Origin: Roseibium sp.
GTDB taxonomy: Bacteria; Pseudomonadota; Alphaproteobacteria; Rhizobiales; Stappiaceae
Direction: 5' to 3'
NCBI GenBank assembly: GCA_050294735.1
Contig: JBNKOQ010000001.1
Coordinates: forward strand, 1 to 38,804
DNA: 38,804 nt
The notes under the pieces were generated by a model. The model was not told the DNA's origin. It was given only the letters and a program-made list of their open reading frames with translations, and ran no database searches. Positions 20,432 through 30,938 of this stretch are shown piece after piece. Positions within the stretch are counted from its first letter, which is position 1. Every line of letters starts with the position of its first letter. A program made the translations under genes and the position numbers.

Positions 20432-20920
20432 ATGAAGGGTGACACTCAGGTCATTGAATACCTCAATAAGGCTTTGCGTCACGAGCTGACGGCTGTCAGC
20501 CAGTATTGGCTGCATTCGCGCTTGCTCGAGGATTGGGGATTTGTCCGCCTGGCCAAGAAGGAACGGGAAGAGGCTCTGGAAGAACGTGATCATGCCGATC
20601 AGCTGATCGACAGAATCCTGTTTCTCGAAGGCTATCCGAATTTGCAGGTTTTGGACCAGCTGCGCATCGGATCCTCCCTGAAAGACTGCCTCGAATGCGA
20701 TCTGGCCGGTGAATATACTGCGCGGGCTTTGTACCATGAGGCGCGTCAGGTCTGTATAGAGGCCGGTGATATCGTCTCGATGAGACTTTTTGAGGCGCTG
20801 TTGGGAGATGAGGAAGCACATATCGACTTTCTCGAAACCCAGCTTGCACTGGTGGAGCGGATCGGAGTTGATCGCTATGGCTTGCTGCAATCAGCGCCGG
20901 CGGATGCAACTGCGGAATAA
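20432..20920 (+). CDS. bfr: Bacterioferritin (Met52 replaced by Arg)
   Basis: MKGD..VI.YLN start and RILFLEG; ferroxidase ligands E18, E51, H54, E94, E127 and H130 present. Confidence 0.93.
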   Translation: MKGDTQVIEYLNKALRHELTAVSQYWLHSRLLEDWGFVRLAKKEREEALEERDHADQLIDRILFLEGYPNLQVLDQLRIGSSLKDCLECDLAGEYTARALYHEARQVCIEAGDIVSMRLFEALLGDEEAHIDFLETQLALVERIGVDRYGLLQSAPADATAE

Positions 20921-21058
20921 ATAGTTTCTTTCAGATACAGGTTGCCGGCCTGTGGGAGTGCCTCTCACGAGGCAAGGCTTCCGGCTGGCCGGGCCGCTCT
21001 GGCGCTTCGACACCCAATTAAGGCCCGGGCACGTGGCGCGATGCTGGATGACGTCGCG

Positions 21059-21514
21059 TTATACCGGCAGAATATGGGTGTCCTTGATTTCCTCCATGAC
21101 GGCGTAGGTGTGCGTTTCGCGAACGCCGGGCAGTGTCAGGATGATGTCCGACAGGAAATGCCGGTAGGCATTCATATCCAGTACCCGGCTTTTGACCAGG
21201 TAATCGAAACCACCCGCAACCATATGACATTCGAGAATGTCCGGGGAACGCTCCACAGCGTATTTGAAGGCATCGAAGATTTCCGGCGATGTCCGGTCGA
21301 GTTTGATTTCGACAAACACGAGAAGCCCCCGGCCAACTTTTTCGGGGGTCAGCTTCGCGGAGAAGCTCTGGATATATCCATCGCGAATAAGGCGTTTGGT
21401 CCGTTCTGCTGTGGCGGTTGCTGACAGACCGATCCGTTCGCAGAGGTCGGTATTGGTGATCCGTGCATCTTTCTGCAATTCGGATAAAATTTTGCGGTCC
21501 GTTCTATCGATCAT
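21059..21514 (-). CDS. putR: Lrp/AsnC-family regulator PutR
   Basis: DRTDRKILSELQKDARIT HTH and ECHMVAGGFDYL; divergent from putA. Confidence 0.88.
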   Translation of the reverse strand: MIDRTDRKILSELQKDARITNTDLCERIGLSATATAERTKRLIRDGYIQSFSAKLTPEKVGRGLLVFVEIKLDRTSPEIFDAFKYAVERSPDILECHMVAGGFDYLVKSRVLDMNAYRHFLSDIILTLPGVRETHTYAVMEEIKDTHILPV

Positions 21515-21664
21515 GAGTAATTCTCCAAAAATATCATCCTCTAAAGAATTATTCTCTAAATCATGGGGAAAAAATAGTGAGAAAAAATATAAATTGTAGA
21601 AGAATATGAGGAATTAGCTGTTGAAATTCATGCCTGAGGGCGTTGCTTAAGAGGAGTTCCGGAT

Positions 21665-24600
21665 ATGGGTGCCAGCACAGTCACATCTGCGGAAAAGCTT
21701 GAGGATGTTGGAATTCCCCCCTTTCGTGCGGCGTATGCCCCGGCAGATGAACCGCTGGTGCGAAAGCTCCTGACGGAAACGGCTCTGGGGGCTGATGTCG
21801 AAACCCGAATTGACCGGCGGGCAAGCGGATACATCGCCGACATGCGGTCGACTGCTGTCGGTTTGGGCGGTGTTGAAGATTTCATGCGCGAGTTCGGCCT
21901 GACGACCCGTGAAGGGCTGGCGATGATGGTGCTGGCGGAAGCATTGTTGCGCGTGCCGGACGGGGCAACTGCAGACAAGCTGATAGAAGACAAACTGGCC
22001 GCAGCCCGTTTCGATGACCCGAGCGGTTCGAAATCCGACACATGGCTTGTCTCGGCTTCGTCCTGGGCGCTGGGCATTACTTCCAGACTGCTGCATCCCG
22101 GCGATACGCCGAAGTCGATTCTGTCATCTTTGGTGAAGCGTCTTGGCATGCCGACGGTGCGAACGGCAACGAAACAGGCGATGCGTCTTTTAGGGCATCA
22201 GTTCGTGCTTGGAGAAACCATTGCCAAGGCGCTGGACCGCGCCCGGATCCAGGAAACCAAAGGCTATCGCTATTCCTACGATATGCTTGGCGAAGGCGCT
22301 CGAACAGAAGCGGATGCGCAGCGCTATTTCAAGTCCTACGCTGGCGCGATTGAAGCCATCGGGAAAGCTGCGGGTTCGGGTGATTTGCCTAACCGTCCCG
22401 GCATCTCGGTCAAGCTTTCGGCCCTTCATCCCAGATATGAGGCGGTGAACGGTTTGCGGGTCGAAGAGGAAGTGGTGCCCCGTCTTGTCAAGCTGGCCAC
22501 AATGGCCCGGGCTCACAATCTGAATTTCACCGTGGATGCGGAAGAAGCCGACCGGCTTGAGATTTCCCTCGATATTATCGCAGCGTTACTGGCCGACCCG
22601 GTTACGGACGGTTGGGACGGTTTCGGTCTTGCGGTACAGGCTTATCAAAAGCGCGGCCCTGAAGTTATCGACTGGCTTGTCTCAGCTGCGCGGCGTCAGA
22701 AACGCCGTCTTATGGTGCGTCTGGTCAAGGGGGCCTATTGGGATACCGAGATCAAGCACGCTCAGGAACAAGGTGTTGGCGGCTACCCGGTCTTTACCCG
22801 TAAGGCCGCGACCGATCTGTCCTATCTGGCGTGTGCCAAACGGATGCTGGATGCCCGTGACGTCCTCTACCCTCAGTTTGCGACCCACAATGCACTCACA
22901 GTGGCGCAGATTGCGGAAGTTGCCGGTAACAAGGAGGGATATGAGTTTCAGCGCCTCCACGGTATGGGCGAGAGCCTTTACAAGTCTGTTTGCGAGCGCG
23001 ATGGCTATCCGTGCCGGATTTACGCGCCGGTCGGCGGGCACAAGGACCTGCTGGCTTATCTCGTTCGACGCCTTCTGGAGAACGGTGCTAACTCCTCCTT
23101 TGTCACGATTGTTGGTGACAGCTCAGTTGCTGTTGACACGATGCTGCGCCGCCCGTCCGAGATTTTGGCAGGCGGTTCGCGCGCAACTAACCGCTCGATC
23201 CCAATGCCGGCTGATCTCTACGGTCTGAGCAGACAAAATTCGTCCGGGCTGGAGTTCGGTTGCGCGGCGGAGCGCACTACGCTTGTGGAGGGGATGGCCA
23301 AAACCTCCTTCCCTGCAACGATGGCCAAGTCCATTGTGGGGACCACAGACGTGACGGGGAGTGCCGAAGAGGCGCTGTCTCCGGTCGATGGCCGCAGTGT
23401 TGTGGGCTCTGTCGTCAATGCTTCCACTGAGGCTGTTGACCTTGCCATGAAGGTCGCTTCCGAAGGGTTTGAAACCTGGTCGCGCCGTCCCGTTGAGGAC
23501 CGAGCCGCTGCCTTGTCCAAAATGGCCGATCTTCTGGAAGAAAACAGCGACCGGCTGATGGCCATTCTCAGTCTTGAAGCTGGCAAGACGCTGCCGGACG
23601 GATTGGCAGAAATCCGGGAGGCTGTGGATTTCTGCCGCTATTATGCGGATCAGGCGAACCAGCTGTTTGGTGAAGGTGTTTTGATGCCGGGGCCAACCGG
23701 TGAAGAAAACCGCTACCGCCATCGCGGACGCGGTGTGTTTGTCTGTATCTCTCCCTGGAATTTCCCCCTGGCTATTTTCCTCGGCCAGGTCGGTGCCGCT
23801 CTGGTTGCCGGCAATACCGTTCTCGCAAAGCCCGCTGAACAAACGCCGCTGATCGCTTATGAAGCCGTTCGTTTGTTCCACGAGGCTGGCGTGCCGAAAG
23901 ATGCGCTCTGCCTTCTTTTGGGAGATGGCAGTGTTGGCGCTGCGCTGACCTCGCACCCGAAGGTCGCTGGTGTGGCGTTCACCGGGTCAACGGAAACCGC
24001 TTGGGCCATCAACCGGACTTTGGCCGGAAAACGTGGCCCCATCGTTCCGTTGATCGCGGAAACCGGCGGTATCAATGCCATGTTGGTCGATGCAACCGCC
24101 TTGCCGGAGCAGGTGTGCGACGATGTCATGATGTCGGCATTCCGGTCTGCCGGACAAAGGTGTTCAGCACTCCGCCTGCTGTTCGTTCAGTCCGATGTTG
24201 CCGATACGCTTCTGACAATGCTGGAAGGAGCCGCGCGAGAGTTATCTCTTGGAGATCCTCTGCGGCCATCGACTGATATAGGCCCGGTTATCGATGCCGA
24301 AGCGCGTGATGGTATCTTGTCCCATGTTGACGAGATATCGAAGACACAGAAGCTCCGTTACCGCGGTGAGACGCCGAGTGGGGATCTGGCGAATGGCTTC
24401 TGGGTGGCCCCACATATCATCGAGCTCGATAACGCATCTGCACTGACTCGGGAAGTGTTCGGTCCGGTGCTTCACGTGGTCCGCTACCAGGCCAAGGATA
24501 TGGACAAGGTTCTGGATACGATTGCCGACAGCGGTTACGGCCTGACGCTTGGCGTTCACAGCCGGATCGATGCCACAGTGAAAAAGGTTGTCGACCGGCT

Positions 24601-24805
24601 ATCCGTGGGGAATGTCTATGTAAACCGGAATACCATCGGGGCGGTGGTTGGGACGCAGCCCTTCGGCGGCTCCGGGTTGTCGGGCACGGGTCCCAAGGCC
24701 GGCGGTCCAAGTTATCTTCAGCGCTTTGCATTAGAGCAGGTGGTGTCCATCAACACAGCAGCTGCTGGTGGTAATGTGAGCCTGGTTGCAGCCTCTGACG
24801 AATAG
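21665..24805 (+). CDS. putA: Bifunctional proline dehydrogenase / P5C dehydrogenase
   Basis: 1046 aa with SYDMLGE, SVKLSALHPRY, VRLVKGAYWD, FATHN, RRLLENGANSSF, ETGG and SAGQRCS. Confidence 0.97.
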   Translation: MGASTVTSAEKLEDVGIPPFRAAYAPADEPLVRKLLTETALGADVETRIDRRASGYIADMRSTAVGLGGVEDFMREFGLTTREGLAMMVLAEALLRVPDGATADKLIEDKLAAARFDDPSGSKSDTWLVSASSWALGITSRLLHPGDTPKSILSSLVKRLGMPTVRTATKQAMRLLGHQFVLGETIAKALDRARIQETKGYRYSYDMLGEGARTEADAQRYFKSYAGAIEAIGKAAGSGDLPNRPGISVKLSALHPRYEAVNGLRVEEEVVPRLVKLATMARAHNLNFTVDAEEADRLEISLDIIAALLADPVTDGWDGFGLAVQAYQKRGPEVIDWLVSAARRQKRRLMVRLVKGAYWDTEIKHAQEQGVGGYPVFTRKAATDLSYLACAKRMLDARDVLYPQFATHNALTVAQIAEVAGNKEGYEFQRLHGMGESLYKSVCERDGYPCRIYAPVGGHKDLLAYLVRRLLENGANSSFVTIVGDSSVAVDTMLRRPSEILAGGSRATNRSIPMPADLYGLSRQNSSGLEFGCAAERTTLVEGMAKTSFPATMAKSIVGTTDVTGSAEEALSPVDGRSVVGSVVNASTEAVDLAMKVASEGFETWSRRPVEDRAAALSKMADLLEENSDRLMAILSLEAGKTLPDGLAEIREAVDFCRYYADQANQLFGEGVLMPGPTGEENRYRHRGRGVFVCISPWNFPLAIFLGQVGAALVAGNTVLAKPAEQTPLIAYEAVRLFHEAGVPKDALCLLLGDGSVGAALTSHPKVAGVAFTGSTETAWAINRTLAGKRGPIVPLIAETGGINAMLVDATALPEQVCDDVMMSAFRSAGQRCSALRLLFVQSDVADTLLTMLEGAARELSLGDPLRPSTDIGPVIDAEARDGILSHVDEISKTQKLRYRGETPSGDLANGFWVAPHIIELDNASALTREVFGPVLHVVRYQAKDMDKVLDTIADSGYGLTLGVHSRIDATVKKVVDRLSVGNVYVNRNTIGAVVGTQPFGGSGLSGTGPKAGGPSYLQRFALEQVVSINTAAAGGNVSLVAASDE

Positions 24806-24836
24806 GGTAATCGGCCCGGAATTGAGCTTTTCTCGT

Positions 24837-25706
24837 TCAATCCCGGGTCGTCTTGGGATCATTGGCAGGACTGTCGAAGACCGTGTTTTCTCCGTCTGCG
24901 GCCTTCAGAGGAAGGTGTACGGGTTCCGATTGCTCTGACAGGACATGCCGGCCAGCCTGGATGAAATCCTGGCTGGTTCCCGAGAAAGGGACATATCCCT
25001 TGTGCTCTTTCCAGCGTTGCGGAATATGTGACCCGGTGCGGCGGGCCTCCGATGCCTCTTCCAGGCTCTCGTGAAAAGCCAGAATATCGCTCGGCAGATT
25101 GGCGAGAGCATCGTTTTCAATCAGGCCGCTAGAGAAGGTTTGCTCGACCAGTCCGGACAAGGAGGATAGTCCCAGATCGGCAATGGCCGTCATCCAGGCA
25201 TTCCAGAGAAAGTTGTCTGGTTCCGGCGCGACTGTGCTCGGGAATTGACGGAGTTTATACTCGGCATTCTCGAAAGAGATGTTTCCATCCAGAACCTGGT
25301 AAGTCCAGCACCTTAAAAAGGCTTCGCGGACAAGCCAGTCGGTTTGCGGTGCGGCGACGATATCCCAGCACGTATCGGTCCGGTCATCTACAAGAGCCAT
25401 GAGCACACGGGGAATCGTGTCGCCAATGGCATCGCCAATCAGATTGGCCGTTTTTTGGATATCTCCGCATAGAATGGTTGTCAGCGGGGCGAAAGCTTCT
25501 GATATCCGGTGCGCTGCCAGGAGATGAACTCCGAAGAACAAAGCGTGTTGTTCTTCTTCCGACAATTTCAGTCCCCGCGCCTCGCGTTCGAGCAGCAACA
25601 GGAAGGTCGGCACACAGGCCTCAGGTGTCTCCCGGCAGTACTTCAGGACGGACCACGGCAGTTCATCGCGCTTCGCCAGCTGAGCTATGATCTCCTGCCG
25701 TTCCAT
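24837..25706 (-). CDS. DUF1186-like hypothetical protein
   Basis: 289 aa helical ORF; LFFGVHLLA..R..EAFAPL and IGDAIGDTIPRVL resemble DUF1186 (from recall). Confidence 0.6.
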   Translation of the reverse strand: MERQEIIAQLAKRDELPWSVLKYCRETPEACVPTFLLLLEREARGLKLSEEEQHALFFGVHLLAAHRISEAFAPLTTILCGDIQKTANLIGDAIGDTIPRVLMALVDDRTDTCWDIVAAPQTDWLVREAFLRCWTYQVLDGNISFENAEYKLRQFPSTVAPEPDNFLWNAWMTAIADLGLSSLSGLVEQTFSSGLIENDALANLPSDILAFHESLEEASEARRTGSHIPQRWKEHKGYVPFSGTSQDFIQAGRHVLSEQSEPVHLPLKAADGENTVFDSPANDPKTTRD

Positions 25707-25819
25707 AAGTTGGCCTATGCGATTTCAGACTGAGGTTTGCTGCTTAGGAGCGAGGCCCAGCTTAGCATATTTCCAAGGTCGCGGTACTGTCTCACCCAGG
25801 TTCGTTTCTGCGGAGACAC

Positions 25820-28291
25820 CTAACCGTCCTTGCGTGGTTTTGCCCGCAGTGTTGCTTCTGCGCTGGCCGGATCGTCGGGCCACAGGTGCTTTGGATAACG
25901 GCCTTTCATGTCCGCTTTGACATCCTTCCACGACCCAGACCAAAAGCCGGGAAGGTCACGGGTTATCTGAATCGGCCGGTGTGCGGGCGACAGGAGCTCC
26001 AGGGTCAACGGGATTTTACCATCGCAGACGGTAGGGTGAACCGACAATCCGTAGAGTTCCTGGACACGGAGAGAGATGCCGGGTCCCGCCTCGGAACCGT
26101 AGTCTATCGGGACCTTGCTACCGGTTGGGGCTGTGAAATGAGACGGTGCCAGCCGGTCCAGCCGGGATTGGATATCGTAGGGCAGCAAGCTGGCCAAAGC
26201 GTCCCCCAAACAGGAGGCGTCAATGGCATCGAGCGTCATGCGCCCGGCCAGAAATGGTCCCAACCAATCGTCTAGTGTCGCGGTCAGCGCCTTATCCGAC
26301 AGATCGGGTAAATCCGCCTGTCCGTTGTCACGGACATAGCCGATCCGTTTGCGGAGGCGCTGCTGATCCTTGGTCCATGGCAGGCGGGAAGCACCGCGCC
26401 GGGCAAGTTCATTGACGAGTGCCTTTTCCACGGCTGCAGGATCCGGAGCGGAGATCTGCCTGGCATCCAGTTCTATGTTCATATAGCGCTTGATACGTCT
26501 GGCCCGAATGCTGCCGTTTCTGTCCAACTGAACGTCATCTTCTTCCAGAATGTCGGACGCGAAATAGGTCTCGATCTCGTCCTTCGCAATGGGCGCGCAG
26601 AGCATGATTCGGCCACTGGCGGCCCGGCCTTGTAAGTCGGCGACAACCAGAAACGGGCTTGCAGCGAGAGGGTGTTCTTCAGGCAATTCCGCGCCGCGCC
26701 CGTTGGCCAGGCGAAAGCGTCCACGTTGCCCGCGGGCTTGGGCGATTCGCTCAGGATAAGCCAGGGCCAGAAGCCACCCTGCCTCTTCCGGATCCGTGGT
26801 TTTATCACTCCCGCCGGTGAGCTTCAGCCAACGCTTGGCCATCGCACGGGTGTCGCGTGCGCGTTGCGAGCCGTCTTGCGTGAGCCGGCGAAGCCGGTCG
26901 CGCAGATCCGGATCCCGACCTCCCAGTCCAGGGTCGGACAGAAGAGCAGCCAGATAGGCGGCTGTCAGGCCGGAGCCATTGCGGGCTCCTTGATCCAGCA
27001 TATGGGCAAGGCGGGGCGGCAGGGGCAGGCGGCTGAGCGCCTTGCCCTGTCGTGTGAGTTGATGGTTGCCATCCAGCGCATGGAGCGTTTCGAGTAGGTT
27101 CACCGCCTCCGCCCAGGCACCGGTTGGGGGAGGATCGAGAAAGGCCAGCTGGGCAGGGTCAAGGGTTCCCCAAGCTGCCAGATCCAAGGCCATGGATGAC
27201 AGGTCCGCTTCGAGGATTTCCGGGCTTTCATTGGCCATCAAGGCGGCCGTCTGTGCCTCATCCCATAACCTGTAGCAAACTCCCGGCTCGGTTCTGCCCG
27301 CCCGCCCGCGCCGCTGATCGGCAGAGGCGCGGGACACACGCACTGTTTCGAGCCTTGTGAGGCCGGTCTGCGGTTCATATCGCGGAACGCGGGCAAGGCC
27401 ACTGTCGATGACAACGCGGACCCCTTCGATGGTGAGGGACGTCTGGGCAATAGATGTTGCCAGTACGATCTTGCGGATCCCGGCAGCCGCCGGGCGGATG
27501 GCGGCATCTTGAGCCTTGCCATCCAGCGCCCCGTACAGCGGGGCCAGGGTGCAGTTTTGCGGCAGTTTTCCTGTCAGGAGTTCGACCGTGCGTCTGATTT
27601 CACCCTGGCCCGGCAGAAAAACGAGGATTGAGCCACTTTCATCGCTTACAGCTTTGCGCACGGCAGAAACGATCTGCGGCTCGATACGTTCCTGGGGCTT
27701 GCGGCCGATGTAACGCGTCTCGACCGGAAAGCTGCGCCCTTTGCTCTCGATGACTGGGCAGTGGCCGAGAAGGCGTGAAACCGAGGCGGCATCAATGGTT
27801 GCTGACATCGGCAGTAAACGGAGATCCTCCCTCAGAGCACCCTGGACATCAAGGGCAAGGGCCAGCCCAAGGTCGCCATCCAGGGAGCGCTCATGGAACT
27901 CGTCAAAGAGGATGGCGGATACACCGGACAATTCCGGATCATCGAGAATCATGCGGGTGAAAACACCTTCGGTGATTACTTCGATGCGCGTTCTGGAGCT
28001 GACGCGGCTGTCCATTCTGACACGGTAGCCGACCGTTTCTCCAACACTCTCTCCACGTTCCGCAGCCATGCGGCGGGCCGCTGCACGGGCGGCGAGGCGT
28101 CGTGGTTCGAGTACCAGAATACGGCCGTCACCGCGCCAGGGGGCGTCAAGAAGGGCGAGCGGTACCCGCGTGGTTTTACCGGCGCCAGGTTCGGCGACCA
28201 GCACAGCGTTCGGGCCACAGGAGAGTGCGTGAGATATCTGCTCCAGGACAGCGTCGATTGGAAGAGGCGTTGAAAACAATGGACCCGTCAT
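25820..28291 (-). CDS. hrpB: ATP-dependent RNA helicase HrpB
   Basis: PGAGKTT, DEFHERS, MSAT and QRRGRAGR motifs; C-terminal LSPAHRPIQITRDL and GRYPKH.WP. Confidence 0.95.
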   Translation of the reverse strand: MTGPLFSTPLPIDAVLEQISHALSCGPNAVLVAEPGAGKTTRVPLALLDAPWRGDGRILVLEPRRLAARAAARRMAAERGESVGETVGYRVRMDSRVSSRTRIEVITEGVFTRMILDDPELSGVSAILFDEFHERSLDGDLGLALALDVQGALREDLRLLPMSATIDAASVSRLLGHCPVIESKGRSFPVETRYIGRKPQERIEPQIVSAVRKAVSDESGSILVFLPGQGEIRRTVELLTGKLPQNCTLAPLYGALDGKAQDAAIRPAAAGIRKIVLATSIAQTSLTIEGVRVVIDSGLARVPRYEPQTGLTRLETVRVSRASADQRRGRAGRTEPGVCYRLWDEAQTAALMANESPEILEADLSSMALDLAAWGTLDPAQLAFLDPPPTGAWAEAVNLLETLHALDGNHQLTRQGKALSRLPLPPRLAHMLDQGARNGSGLTAAYLAALLSDPGLGGRDPDLRDRLRRLTQDGSQRARDTRAMAKRWLKLTGGSDKTTDPEEAGWLLALAYPERIAQARGQRGRFRLANGRGAELPEEHPLAASPFLVVADLQGRAASGRIMLCAPIAKDEIETYFASDILEEDDVQLDRNGSIRARRIKRYMNIELDARQISAPDPAAVEKALVNELARRGASRLPWTKDQQRLRKRIGYVRDNGQADLPDLSDKALTATLDDWLGPFLAGRMTLDAIDASCLGDALASLLPYDIQSRLDRLAPSHFTAPTGSKVPIDYGSEAGPGISLRVQELYGLSVHPTVCDGKIPLTLELLSPAHRPIQITRDLPGFWSGSWKDVKADMKGRYPKHLWPDDPASAEATLRAKPRKDG

Positions 28292-28371
28292 GATGCCGCC
28301 AATGGCCTGATGCTAGAATAGTGCCCGTTTGGGTTGGATCGTTTCATGACCCGCTCATGACGAATATTGCT

Positions 28372-29418
28372 CTAACTGGCCACAGATACAGGGTCCTTCC
28401 TGCTCCAGTGCCGACCACCCATCTCGACGGCGAATTGCTCCGGAGCCCGGGCGAACGCAGCCAGACCTTCCAAGGCCGGATTCTCATGGCGGACGATGTA
28501 GGTCGGAATGGTGCGCATCAGGGCCTCATGCGGGGCCTTGGCTTCAAACGCTGCGCGGAAGGTGTTGTTCGTCAGGTAAGGAGCAATCCGGGTCGTTACA
28601 CCCCCTGTGAGATAAACGCCGCCACGGGCGAGCAGCGACAGGGCAAAATCTCCTGCGAGCCGCCCGAGCGCCCGGGCAAAGACCTCAAGTGTTTTGGTTG
28701 CGACAGGATCGTTATTCTCTGCCGCCCGGGTAATGTCGGCCGCGGTTTTGAAAGACCGGTCAAGTCCTTCAGCTTGCATCACCCCTCTTGCCAGCCGGGG
28801 TAAACCGGTTCCGCTGAGGATCTGTTCCGCGCCGAGGCGGCCGCCTATCCGCTCAATATGCTGGAAAATCCGGAAATCTTCCTCGGTCACCGGGCCGATT
28901 TCCACATGGCCGCCCTCACCGGGCACTGGAATCCAGGTATTGGCGGCATGGATCATTGCCGCCGCACCAAGGCCAGTGCCGGGACCGAGAACGAATTTGG
29001 TCGACGCAGGACGTGGGGTTCCAGGTCCAATCTGCTCGATATCTTTTCCCTTGAAGCCGGGAAGAGCGAGAGCCTGAGCCTCAAAATCGTTGAGCACCAC
29101 CACATCGTTAAGATGCAAATCGTCGATCAGCTGCAACGGTTCTATTACCCAGGCCGCATTTGTCAGCGAAATCCTGTCTCCAGTGACAGGCCCGGCGACT
29201 GCAATTATCGCGGTGCGTGGGGTGTGGTTGCTGGCGTTTGAAAGGCTTTCTCTGATCGCACTTGTAATGTCCTTGTGGTCCGCCGTCTCTGTTGCCGGGC
29301 ACAGCTCGATGTCTTGCTCGGGGCCGAGTACCAGTGCGAACCGCGCATTCGTACCGCCGATGTCGGCAACGAGAATAGGAAAGGCGAAGGGCAGTTGGGC
29401 TTGGTTCGGAAGGCTCAT
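28372..29418 (-). CDS. glk: Glucokinase
   Basis: [24 protein letters not shown] and EGGH motifs; ATGA overlap with mgsA. Confidence 0.93.
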   Translation of the reverse strand: MSLPNQAQLPFAFPILVADIGGTNARFALVLGPEQDIELCPATETADHKDITSAIRESLSNASNHTPRTAIIAVAGPVTGDRISLTNAAWVIEPLQLIDDLHLNDVVVLNDFEAQALALPGFKGKDIEQIGPGTPRPASTKFVLGPGTGLGAAAMIHAANTWIPVPGEGGHVEIGPVTEEDFRIFQHIERIGGRLGAEQILSGTGLPRLARGVMQAEGLDRSFKTAADITRAAENNDPVATKTLEVFARALGRLAGDFALSLLARGGVYLTGGVTTRIAPYLTNNTFRAAFEAKAPHEALMRTIPTYIVRHENPALEGLAAFARAPEQFAVEMGGRHWSRKDPVSVAS

Positions 29419-29846
29419 AAGGGCGTGACGCTGATTTCTGGAGTGGTCGACGTTGTTTTTAAACCGGTGAGGCGCGCAGAGCGAAGCAGAATTTCCCCTG
29501 TCGACAGATTGAGGGCCATCGGCATGTCATAGACCACGGCCAGCCGCATCAAGGCTTTGACATCCACATCGTGCGGCATGGGGCTGAGTGGGTCGACAAA
29601 AAAGATCAGTCCGTTTAGCCGGCTTTCTGCAATCAGGGCGCCGATTTGCTGATCCCCTCCGAGGGGGCCGCTCTTCAAAGGGGTTATGTCGAGGCTCGGG
29701 CATCGATCGGAAATTCGTCCGCCGGTGGTGCCTGTCGCAACCAATTTGAAGGCAGCAAGCTTGTCTGTGTTCCGGATGGCGAAGTCGACCATTGCGTCTT
29801 TCTTCGCGTCGTGAGCGACAAGGGCTAGCATTGGCCGGGTTGTCAT
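29415..29846 (-). CDS. mgsA: Methylglyoxal synthase
   Basis: [26 protein letters not shown] and PHDVDVKAL; start ATG 29846. Confidence 0.94.
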   Translation of the reverse strand: MTTRPMLALVAHDAKKDAMVDFAIRNTDKLAAFKLVATGTTGGRISDRCPSLDITPLKSGPLGGDQQIGALIAESRLNGLIFFVDPLSPMPHDVDVKALMRLAVVYDMPMALNLSTGEILLRSARLTGLKTTSTTPEISVTPL

Positions 29847-30092
29847 TCGGTATCCTCTGGAGAGTTGAAGTGTTCCATTTCCGCCAGATGTACCGTCAAT
29901 GCCAGGCAAGCGTAAAGGCAAGCAGCCCGTTATTCGAGTATGAAACGGTGCGAAACAGCCCGCCGGACGTGTCTAGGCGCGCGCAAGGCACATCTTTTAG
30001 AGCCTGGAAGAGGCTGGCAACTCCTCCCGGCACTCCCGATTGAAAGCGCCCCGCCGCCGGTGTTTCCCATGAACTCGGTTTTGTGACTTTCC

Positions 30093-30938
30093 TCAGTCGA
30101 ACATGGAACAGCGGATTGGCTTGCGCGCCGCGACTTTGTTTACAAGCGGATCCTTAAAGCTCAGCCCGGCGATTTCCATGACCAGTTTCATCCGGATCGC
30201 ATCCTCGAATCCATCTTTCGAGCGGACGGGAATGGCAAAGGAACCGGGGCCGCCAATAACGCAGTCCTCGTAATAGTAATCGAGATGAAGCATGGCCTGC
30301 CAGGCGTTTGCATTTTCTTTCATCATCAGGGGGAGGCCGTTGATGGTGATACCGGAGGCGAGCAACTGATCGCGCACCTTTGTGACCGAGCCACCCTGAT
30401 TGTTCGGGCCATCCCCAGAGATATCGATCACCCGGCGCAGGCCGCTATACTGGTTGCTTTGCACCAGTTCGACCGACTTTTTCAAGGCGGAAGCGATTGA
30501 TGTTCGCTGGACCTGACGGAGAGGGGCTTCCGCGATGCGCGAAACAAACGCTGCAGCTGACATCTTGTCCTGGATGACCATCCAGTCGGCAACCGTAAAG
30601 TGTTCATCGACGCCACCCCATTCCATGTAGGTCACGGCAATCCGGCCCAAAGGGCCATATTTAACGGCTTCGAGAACTTCATCGGATGTCAGGGCTGCAA
30701 CATACCCTGCTCGCTGAACTTCTTGTTCTTCCGTGTCCATGGATTGGGAAATGTCGACAGCCAGGACCAGCTCCACATCGACTTCGCTGGCCGGGTCATA
30801 ATTGTAGGCGAAGGCAGCCCGGTTACCGCTGACGAAGTCGCGGGCGTAGGATGGGGACGCCAGGATGCTGGAGGCAAGACCGGCAAGAAGATACGCACCG
30901 GCAACACAAACTGCTTTCTTGATTCTGTCGAGACGCAT
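30093..30938 (-). CDS. Exported DUF1194 (vWA-like) protein
   Basis: Signal-peptide-like N-terminus; VDVELVLAVDISQS, RRVIDISGDGPNNQG and YY..CVIGGPGSF. Confidence 0.82.
   Translation of the reverse strand: MRLDRIKKAVCVAGAYLLAGLASSILASPSYARDFVSGNRAAFAYNYDPASEVDVELVLAVDISQSMDTEEQEVQRAGYVAALTSDEVLEAVKYGPLGRIAVTYMEWGGVDEHFTVADWMVIQDKMSAAAFVSRIAEAPLRQVQRTSIASALKKSVELVQSNQYSGLRRVIDISGDGPNNQGGSVTKVRDQLLASGITINGLPLMMKENANAWQAMLHLDYYYEDCVIGGPGSFAIPVRSKDGFEDAIRMKLVMEIAGLSFKDPLVNKVAARKPIRCSMFD

Noticed and set aside
21541-21560. AGAATTATTCT palindrome between putR and putA as an Irr or PutR site
   Set aside because: Short, in an AT-rich spacer, and a poor fit to the consensus sequences I know.
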